DNA from: an uncultured virus (IMG/VR IMGVR_UViG_3300020472_000011)
Lineage: Duplodnaviria > Heunggongvirae > Uroviricota > Caudoviricetes
Reading direction: 5' to 3' (one strand)
Length of the DNA: 54,051 bases
Virus record (IMG/VR): IMGVR_UViG_3300020472_000011
Span: 62,001 to 116,051 of that record
In this document: positions 50,701 to 54,051 of the stretch, piece after piece
How the letters are laid out: the number at the start of each line of letters is the position of its first letter
Numbering within the stretch: the stretch's first letter is position 1
Notes under the pieces: generated by a model
What the model was told of the DNA's origin: nothing
What the model saw: only the letters and a program-made list of their open reading frames with translations
Databases searched by the model: none
Translations under genes and position numbers: made by a program

Positions 50701-53700
50701 TAATCTCCTGGTGAGAATCCATGACTAGGAACAGTAACAACCATAACACCAGTAGAAGGTGTGTATGCAACATTAGTTGCTGTATGTTGCGAAGATCCAA
50801 CTGCTGTAATAGCAATTGACTTACCAGCATAAGGGTCAGTACCAGGTCTAGGATATGAATGCTGAGTAGCACCACCATCTTTATCACAAGTAAATGTTAA
50901 TGAGTTATCTTTTAATGTAATATCAGTACCAACACGCAATCCATGCTGACCAACAGTAAGAACCATCTCACCATTGTTCTGATTGTATGTTGCACCAGTA
51001 GGAGTAAAGTCCTTATTAGTACCAGCAGTACCTACATTAATTGTAAACTTACCTGTATCAACTGATGTAATTGGAAGAGATCTTCCAGAAGCTTTATCTA
51101 AGTTTGCACGTGGATATGACTGAGCAACTTGGTTGTTGTCCATTGTGCAAGTGAATGATACAGCACCGTCATCCATGACGATTCCATCACCAACAGATAG
51201 ATTATGAGCACCAACAGTAAGTTCTAAGTCACCAGTTGCAGGGTCATATGCAGCACCAGTTGGTGTAAACTCTACGTTAGATCCAGCATCTGCAATCTGA
51301 ACTTTAAATGAATTCTGTGCTACATCATAGACAGATAACCAATCACCAGAATAAGGATCAGTTGCACGTGGATACTTATGCTCGGAAGCATTACTATCCA
51401 TGCCACATGTGAATGTTAGAGAGTTGTTGGCAATCTTAATGAGTTCTCCATTTGTCAATCCATGATTAGCAACAGTGAACTCAAGTACACCTGTAGATGG
51501 GTTGTAGTTAGCATTAGAAATATCATAGTTACCACCAACACCTATAACTTCTAACCCAGTATTATACGCAGGGTCAGTTGTACGAGGATATGTGTGGTTA
51601 GAACTATTTCCATCCATACCACATGTGAATGTTAATGCATTATCATCAAATCTAATATTCTCACCAACATCAATGTCATGGTTTCCATCAACACTAACTG
51701 TTAACTCACCACTTGCAGGATCATAAAGTGCGTTAGTAAGATCATATGTTACCGCACCAGTAGTTCCAACATGTGCTTCAAAAGTATTGTTGGTTTTGTT
51801 TGTAATAGTAACCCACTTACCACTGATAGGGTCAGACTTACGTGGATATGAATGCTCAGTAGCATTGTTATCCATTGCACAAGTAAAGACTAATGCATTG
51901 TCATCAATTCTTATCTTATCACCATTTTCAAATCCATGATTAGTAAGGGTGAATTCCATAGTACCCTTATCAGGGTTGTATCCAGCACCAGTAACTGTGT
52001 GCTTGGAACCATCTGCTACAATCTTAACAGAACTTTGATATGCTGGATCAGTTGAACGTGGATAAACATGTTGTGTGCCATAGTTATCTTGAGCACATGT
52101 AAATGTAAATGCTCCGTCTTCAACTCTTACATTCTGCCCTTCACCTAACTGGTGACCTGGAATAGTTGCAGTCAACAATCCAGTAGCAGGAACATATGCA
52201 GCAGCAGTTACATCATGTCCAATTAATAGAGACTTACCTACATCAATACTGAATGTATTTGTATCTGCCTCAGCAACTTCGACCCACTTATTACTAATAG
52301 GATCAGATGATCTAGGATATACATGAGTAGAAGCATCACCATCCATTGAACATGTCAATGTCAATGATTCATCTTCAATCTTAACCTTACTACCAGCAGC
52401 TAGACCATGACCATTAGATGTAATAGTCAACCAACCAGTTTCAGGATTATAACTTGCATCTGAAGCTGTGATAGCACTAGCAGCAGTTAATCCATGACTC
52501 TGAATATCAAGAGTCAAATCACCTGTTGCTGGATCATACTCAGCATCAGTTGGTGTATATTCAGCAGTAGAAGAACGAACCAACATTCTCTCTACAGATT
52601 CAGCAGCAATCAAATTCTTGTTAGCAAGTATTAGATTACGTGCGTCACCATTTCTGTCATTAACCACTTCAGGTGGTTCATAAGTGACAGTATTATCATA
52701 TGTTTGAGTTAGACCATGACTACCAAAGATGAATGACTTCTCATTACGCATGATCTGCACAGACATATCTCTGGCATATTCAATCGCACGAATGGTCTCT
52801 TCTTTCTTCTGTGAAATATACTGAACTGCACCACTATCATAGTGATATGCAGCATCCCATACTTCATCGTTACCACCATAAGCAGTATTCTCAGCAATTG
52901 CTTCAACGATGTCAACTAAGTCATCCCTACAATCCTGTGGACCGTATCCTGTTGGTGAAGTATAAGATGGGAAATCCAATACCATCCTATCAAATGCTTC
53001 AGCAGCAATGAATAGTTTGTTTGAAAGTAATAAGTTTCTAGCGTCACCATTACGATCAGAGATTACCTTCTTACTAGAGAATGTTGCTTTCTGTCCAAGT
53101 TCAATCTCTGTTGATGAGATAACACTCTTAACATATGTGTTATCAGGAATAACTGGAGATGCAGGACGTGTAGCACCAGCATTAAGTTTGTTGTCTGTAA
53201 ACTGAGTAGGATCATAGTCAGCAACAGTCATACCTTGTACTAGACCACTGGTATCACCGACATCAACAATAGCAGTTCCAGCAGTAGTTTCTGCTCCAGT
53301 ACGTAAGTATGTGAAGTTACGTATGGATGCAATAGCAAGATCTCTAGCGTAATCGTAACCTTCTAGAGTTTCAGTAAGTTCTGATGTAATGTATGATAAA
53401 TTGTTACCAACATAGTATGATTCACCAGCTTGGATAGTATTAATGTTACCACCAAGTCTTAAATCCTGAATAGTAGCATCAAGTAGGTATCCAATGTCAC
53501 GACGACACTTAACAATATCAATACCTTCTCTATCTAAGAGGTATGGATACTTATTAGTAATATATCCGTATGCCTCGTAAGCAATAAACTCTTTGTTTGC
53601 TTCAATAAGGTCAGCAGCATCTAGATCCTTATTGTTAATTGTAATACCAGTAGGATTAAGAATAGTTGCAGTAGCATTAAACTTCTTAAATCCATTAGGA

Positions 53701-54050
53701 GATAATGTTGACTGGAAAATATTACTACTTCCAGCAGATCTAGGAATTAATTTTACATATAATTTTTCATCTGACCTAGCACCTATACGGAATCCATCAA
53801 TAGATGCAGCAACACGTGTCTCTGGATTAAATGCTTCATCGTCTCCAAGATAGATCTTAGTCTGGTCTGATGCACTATTAAGATTTTTTGTTGCTGGAAT
53901 ATCAATTGTATAATAAGCATTCTTCTTGATATTTCCAGTAGTTGTATCAACAACCTGTGGAGGAACAATGTCAGTAATATATCCACCTTTATCTTGTGCA
54001 AAGGCAAAACCTTTATGACCGATAGCATGTAGTGATGTATTACCAAAGTT
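35706..54050 (-). CDS. Giant virion/tail-fibre-like structural protein, >6100 aa, 5' end outside the window
   Basis: The track's 5841-aa frame continues upstream of its Met (GTAIVDVGDTSGLVQGMTVA) and the window edge reads NFGNTSLHAIGHKGFAF in the same frame; ELRRPSIARAGNHTFEYLGFGPGNYSTGLP motif; gp9/gp10-like C-terminus LPDNAQTGDMIRFI...GWWLIEL. Confidence 0.9.
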   Translation of the reverse strand, partial: NFGNTSLHAIGHKGFAFAQDKGGYITDIVPPQVVDTTTGNIKKNAYYTIDIPATKNLNSASDQTKIYLGDDEAFNPETRVAASIDGFRIGARSDEKLYVKLIPRSAGSSNIFQSTLSPNGFKKFNATATILNPTGITINNKDLDAADLIEANKEFIAYEAYGYITNKYPYLLDREGIDIVKCRRDIGYLLDATIQDLRLGGNINTIQAGESYYVGNNLSYITSELTETLEGYDYARDLAIASIRNFTYLRTGAETTAGTAIVDVGDTSGLVQGMTVADYDPTQFTDNKLNAGATRPASPVIPDNTYVKSVISSTEIELGQKATFSSKKVISDRNGDARNLLLSNKLFIAAEAFDRMVLDFPSYTSPTGYGPQDCRDDLVDIVEAIAENTAYGGNDEVWDAAYHYDSGAVQYISQKKEETIRAIEYARDMSVQIMRNEKSFIFGSHGLTQTYDNTVTYEPPEVVNDRNGDARNLILANKNLIAAESVERMLVRSSTAEYTPTDAEYDPATGDLTLDIQSHGLTAASAITASDASYNPETGWLTITSNGHGLAAGSKVKIEDESLTLTCSMDGDASTHVYPRSSDPISNKWVEVAEADTNTFSIDVGKSLLIGHDVTAAAYVPATGLLTATIPGHQLGEGQNVRVEDGAFTFTCAQDNYGTQHVYPRSTDPAYQSSVKIVADGSKHTVTGAGYNPDKGTMEFTLTNHGFENGDKIRIDDNALVFTCAMDNNATEHSYPRKSDPISGKWVTITNKTNNTFEAHVGTTGAVTYDLTNALYDPASGELTVSVDGNHDIDVGENIRFDDNALTFTCGMDGNSSNHTYPRTTDPAYNTGLEVIGVGGNYDISNANYNPSTGVLEFTVANHGLTNGELIKIANNSLTFTCGMDSNASEHKYPRATDPYSGDWLSVYDVAQNSFKVQIADAGSNVEFTPTGAAYDPATGDLELTVGAHNLSVGDGIVMDDGAVSFTCTMDNNQVAQSYPRANLDKASGRSLPITSVDTGKFTINVGTAGTNKDFTPTGATYNQNNGEMVLTVGQHGLRVGTDITLKDNSLTFTCDKDGGATQHSYPRPGTDPYAGKSIAITAVGSSQHTATNVAYTPSTGVMVVTVPSHGFSPGDYIQVADNSITLTCELDGNVSQKTYPRTNFDSLSNRWVPILSASTDTLTINVGSSTDNSVHTFVSASANGILKQDGTLTINVGFDADPANRYAHTFVSALTDAVEYKPQSAHTFVSALTNSVKHLPQSAHTFKRATNYAISKRGGDITVNVGKSPIVEFTPTNATYDPNTGLMELTIGSHSLTAGTSVKVDPNSLKFTCEMDGNYSVKSYPRVTDPVNDTSIEITAASATTITINVGQSPIVSHNVDDGSYNPATGEMTLKIGNHSLTVGESIKIDDAGVTFSCTYGNVPHTFITGAAGGVTADGSTALTAASGTTYDPITGELVLEVGAHALNAASTHTVTDATYNAATGTMLVTIANHGFSNGDRVKFAEGSISLNCAMDGNVSTKTYPRKSDPTFGKWLQISNVTTDSFSVDVGSSPLIQHTPTGANYNPTTGIMELTIGAHSLTVGTAVKIADNSLTFTCAEDNHQTTHTYPRTTDPFSDKSFAITDVTATTISVQVLSTIPSTNVTAHLFVSATADCVTSGGNYAHTFVSATASGLKKANSTITFDQDALTFTCDADNNATQHTYPRAGDPFRNETLGLDSVTGTTMTVFVGFSTGSQSAKSYPRSATETHTAAAGTTYDPTTGILSVTTAAHNIKNGDYVQFATGAFTFTCMEDNNSTNHTYPRVTDPVSSKWLKVSNVTGTTFDVQVLDVIPSTNVTAHTFITGSNNGITSKVDRSYDQAIEITGVTADTITVNVGPSSKTTDVHTFVSALAGAVKSGGGYVHTFKSADAGALKTGGNYLHQFVSATSGALISGGNYAHIFVSAVANGLTRYDGTVTLDVGTSSNTTAHQFVSAIPNAITTGGNYAHTFISSNPNGIKKANDRVRIDYGALNFTCDMDGHNSQHAYPRISDPAYQEDLPVLAASTNQFTVNIGTTGQGNLDVSDATYNPSTGDMTVTVGSHDLEPGQDVRIIGNSIKFSCNADNNATDHAYPRPTDPAGTSSLPVKSVGSSYHSSTDASYNPSTGDLVLTVANHGFTNGDRIKIADGSLTFTCDMDNHATEHAYPRLKDPSNGKWLVISDATTNTFKVNVGQAGASQTYTPTAATYTAATGQLVLTIPNHNIPVGKNITIAQDSLKFRCAMGGTSDIKTYPRSSDPIYSTGTVVTAADATTVTVNVGASPLVSHTPTDASFDPANGLMTLTIGSHNLTVGESVKIADAGVTFTCGQDNNATNHAYPRTTIESHTATMAAYDPDTGIITVTVAGHGMRDGDWVKLADDSLTFTCAQDSHATNHTYPRASDPISNKWVKISNTQTNTFDIQVLDSAPSTNTTDHTFVSAVAGGITQKKDKSYDSPVDITAVTATTITLDVGKSSNTTVHAFVSATADAITSGGNYGHTFVSADYGAVTADITENVFTPTGANYDPATGDLTLTIGSHSLAVGDGITIDDNSLTFKCQMDEEQSNKLYPRPASKGLTATTGTTYNPTTGIVSITTTANHGLKTGDFVKIADGALTFSCGFNGATGTAAEKSYPRPSDPVSGTWIKVTETGVDSFEFQCLEALPSTNTDTHAFISGVADGITRQTASDRVSGRSVDIIARTANTITVNVGNAGDNQTWTPSAADYNSTTGDLILTIGQHGLREGAGIILKDNSLTFTCSKDNHTSNHSYPRPGIDPYAGEKSITVNSVGASMHSVSGAEYTPETGVLKLTVNNHGFSNGDYIKLDDESLTLTCDLDGNVSQKKYPRAGFDPVSSRWLKIADKTTNTFEVNVGISQDKSVHSFVSAVANGLHRQNGTVTVNIGASQLTNYTPTAASYNAITGDMTLTIGVHDLQNGEKIKIAPDSLTFQCAKDANATNHSYPRVTDPAYNSDIEIKDATTTTITVNVGAAAANDQYDHTFVNATANAIIYNQRYTHTFVNSVANAVHFEPASPHTFVSATANSIRHYPTANHTFVRSVAGNVQKETGTFTVNVGVATLSNQYPHQFKSASAGAIQTGGSYFHKFVSAVNNSIHKVFTVAGNQQYHNQDCIDDVVDLLEAVADNIAYGGNDKTWDAAYSYKTGAHVAGEEDETNYVFEQAREMAAQALRNQKILVTGHHGLPQVFDKSITFNEVNPAPSNKFADARNLVVANKLLIADEAYERMLVQHPGFVPPTGNQQDCKDDIVDFVEEVSYNLAYGGNDRVWEMTDLYVQGMVQEVAGEEAQTTQALNHARDLMIQIARNENIVTLGSHGRTQVRDTTITGEVAPHVSSRHADAKNLILDNVEFAAEVALGRMIAQFPSYSWQAGYSSTDCLDDLKDVVKVVAHNTGYGGNHRVWDAANLYVAGAHAAGSESETIFAFNAVRDIIKEIATNVEVTVGGHTSLTQTRDLTITNGVINGDCNVVLSAIDTLVAILTGTISDSTSLQGITRTDSVGPCEDMRSAVGVLTKIVTDAITDPSTLSGKNHTVTTSTYDPTTGSLTLDIGAHSYTNGTSVHIVDNSLTFTCERDNNATNHTYPRSTDPASNNDPTITGTTATTITVNVGISSDISTHTFVSASEKIVIGGVTRTPSVGSCEDVRSTLNSLFKIVIDTVETPTSLDGVTRTISNGACQQVASTITTLYQIITGTINSASYLDSVERNPVPLGLEFGPSINANATSTNSYLHFEFADAVYTTLTRTVDNTITQNTTYPQCVDQANAIRQYFANISTIIQTGLGSVPRSQPSQLTTSLSSRATVFTLTQGVGANPHDLETGTPIRLVPRPRYDTQTNSYVDVDKRFVRLPNGFATNQEYYVIAPARNTQPENYSANAVFNGSDQTKIMLASSKENAAAGIYLHSAEVEDIHPDIEIDIYQFVLDDNYDLHQYGCVLDGVSNTNIRTDVPHIFDVPFSNITGHTVFFRKREGGALPLVGAAYASDNTVADSQGRLLGNKYFFARYQTEKVFTIHKTKSDAEQGVNPITYQPGTYDFNVFANKRQSPMRFDPTFVNPNTNPVIYGKWYLQVENSNGTDQIIKRLREYADGIDKTNDSWFERIKDERPANDRLYRLRYVIPQYLQSVRDPLNGFTIKTRTDETRRIVPQKISLKPVSGGTTKARFSNPIQSNEYIGYTKQEFISNSLNDEIAYDPYKKDVVGNTQFKKVITTQNYISMTIQSGRYVQTGGLTDYLELTVFEHGVTNPALLNTKFNTIKITAPQGGTFTANKTQSVEGNKVEWAGNSSGYGYLHAIMNVPGTTTWHMILKDVVGKIDYDAIDNTRFSQGTAFADLLADADMGKSLVLKDLIKKEYPEFYYRQNGAGVYTITPGDIIEDDASIQYYVESVEDVGQIDDTFYVFNTQEIQKRIYGQQDGIYYLTAVRGNISPLPQGAGNLGNFRNFKFSQPISSLYPLNYKNDPLWYQQLDATLVDPPQTYSAADNYVHGLVRVNDFKGSLTQESVIDLVKNNAFGDNTYTQVSSSIDNRIKAQKGNAASGSEDRLIPISGDSTVVADQRYYVELRRPSIARAGNHTFEYLGFGPGNYSTGLPQRQEVVLTEIQDFYAQSKKQNGGLVFYTGLNSNGDLYIGNRKIDAITGEEVFLESATLQDSDDDDETLGNLVTTFDTPVTFNEYITVNGGEAQDKRSTFNSPVLINVLGTVRNNPALVISSFVDPAIDDGSLDRSAFVRNVETGGDVVIARNKISAAIFQFNSRRDGQAYKFLTHITGSTPSNITPDQTGAFNASQIVSYGNAGAPDSGDMLLKGGSIGKSGSLGWIYSNYYTTIGNAVPESLAFNNTNVITITWATLTNQQLGITSSSELRFSGFTDSDFNGTWQVISNGFNPAANTLQFAIGATKNTVNNQNPRMWSDEVAANANITLEYSNSNWKEWGVIGAEAIRTETDAIGDYKFGINTVGRSDKESYKQNFVDAKTNPRANLDVVGTAFISGKKITDYASHATDATRTYQDRTDAFMVGGDSSSPTDESTFRVSTANGGRVGVNVTDAELDRALVVDGESRFTGDARFEEDIEINGGGGANTAQIRTSITTGKVQFFPNAGGTPFTGEVEIAPLGTTIKIADATPSDQFIKIGNFSFHSNIDIGFTPTMSTNISKVQIGGAYENNESLSYTLIGTKSFKTKGDFQLGTVRGLLDTVKLTSTAGTVEFFAGNSATSKLDFATNASEITIAGKGGKTTIRNNLVVDSAARFNSDITLCGGFASYSFTAYRSQTGSTAFAHASGDLGNNIFNSNVDLIEVKRLSNTDENYNAVDTAGTGDWGGSVFQNPITQIAGTVEPLTLTGLSGDQYYLPLKNRPFDSNGAQYITEQDILLIDTDDSGGTKHPEFVKVISLPRINVAPYWIVVERLPFGTYTSTRSDHPDTTAIYKCTVQYNATWTTTTIDATGAEDNVYLAQFGGNIALGDYVIIDREDTTSPANGIFDQGEMFKVKTLLSQVAKKLTIKNGCDTAQEETVFEVDSTTGNITAGAGGTTTINGTFNLNGTCTTPYVNATTNKKLTITNGSDITTFEVDTCTGDTTVGNHHGTIFMLAEQYGTSPAAYTKGVDEVHVYRHNPMSVISGGPLTTTADNVVTATSNIEIQGNLTSFTKGDLVAIFTTSAIEIIQLTDDPYTGTGGELLLPTASNAEYTNGGRGMEGTSAQAFSVGANVVKLDKYDRTTTLLHDMDATQADRATDLKARSPNNSDIRLEISLADADLIAPKLDYVTLVRIGNEFFLPDSVDGTLDAFYAVKMPKQIREPNVTGTTPVKLFGGGSTTINQDLEIISGAVRMYGSDGKTLVMSIANDDGHSGDGSLEDPKTDTAGLTLKGAAAFYGDLKIYYDNCQMHGVCSTETSFRVTNREGNVLMGETFYQAGKVLSVESAIDPIFHIDNLGGAGTGGTVGPKDFKIYQNNAIDSFGIEKYWTAGGGRRHTYVAFDPSTGIGQQQDNPLQVNQNYMVNASSGSNMVVYLPDNAQTGDMIRFIELSGNLTYNTSLILRAKKANNVAVAIQGDTSGSRIGSGAGQTLSTAWDSGELVVQTRNASFGLVYAGTVDVEGSASAQTIPPALRGWWLIEL
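43140..52560 (-). repeat. About 26 copies of a ~100-aa repeat (YxPxTG..HGL..TFTC..HxYPR..DP..HTFVSA) inside the giant protein
   Basis: Counted by eye in the translation: 26 YPR motifs and 26 HxF(V/I/K) motifs. Confidence 0.9.
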
Positions 54051-54051
54051 A

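Noticed and set aside
43140..52560. Diversity-generating retroelement or intein explanation for the repeats
   Set aside because: No reverse transcriptase in the window, no near-identical template/variable pair, and no intein splice motifs; the repeats are diverged at DNA level.
35693..54046. Many 60-190 aa track ORFs within the giant gene, including 53783-54046 and 53593-53853
   Set aside because: Leu/Met-rich off-frame or antisense shadows; the main frame continues to the window edge.

Overview
Fragment of a T4-like marine cyanomyovirus (Prochlorococcus/Synechococcus-type) genome, with essentially every gene on the minus strand. Left (1-15.5 kb): late baseplate module (DUF4815/VrlC-like virion protein, gp8, a 2853-aa gp7, gp6, gp25, PAAR gp5.4), a stand-alone SET-domain gene and T4 late promoters. 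Middle (15.6-27.6 kb): early/accessory region of small ORFs separated by a repeated promoter cassette (palindromic box, often a terminator hairpin, TATAAT). It also holds a possible replication origin with TTTTCCACA boxes, a DUF3574/SAM-lyase-like gene, two 2OG-Fe(II) oxygenases, and a methyltransferase / structured RNA / HNH / methyltransferase cluster. Right (27.6-54 kb): tail-fibre chaperone, three tail-collar fibre proteins and a >6100-aa virion protein (5' end outside the window) whose repeat domains appear nested inside one another. No tRNA, rRNA, CRISPR array or IS element was seen. All family assignments come from recognising motifs by eye, not from database searches.
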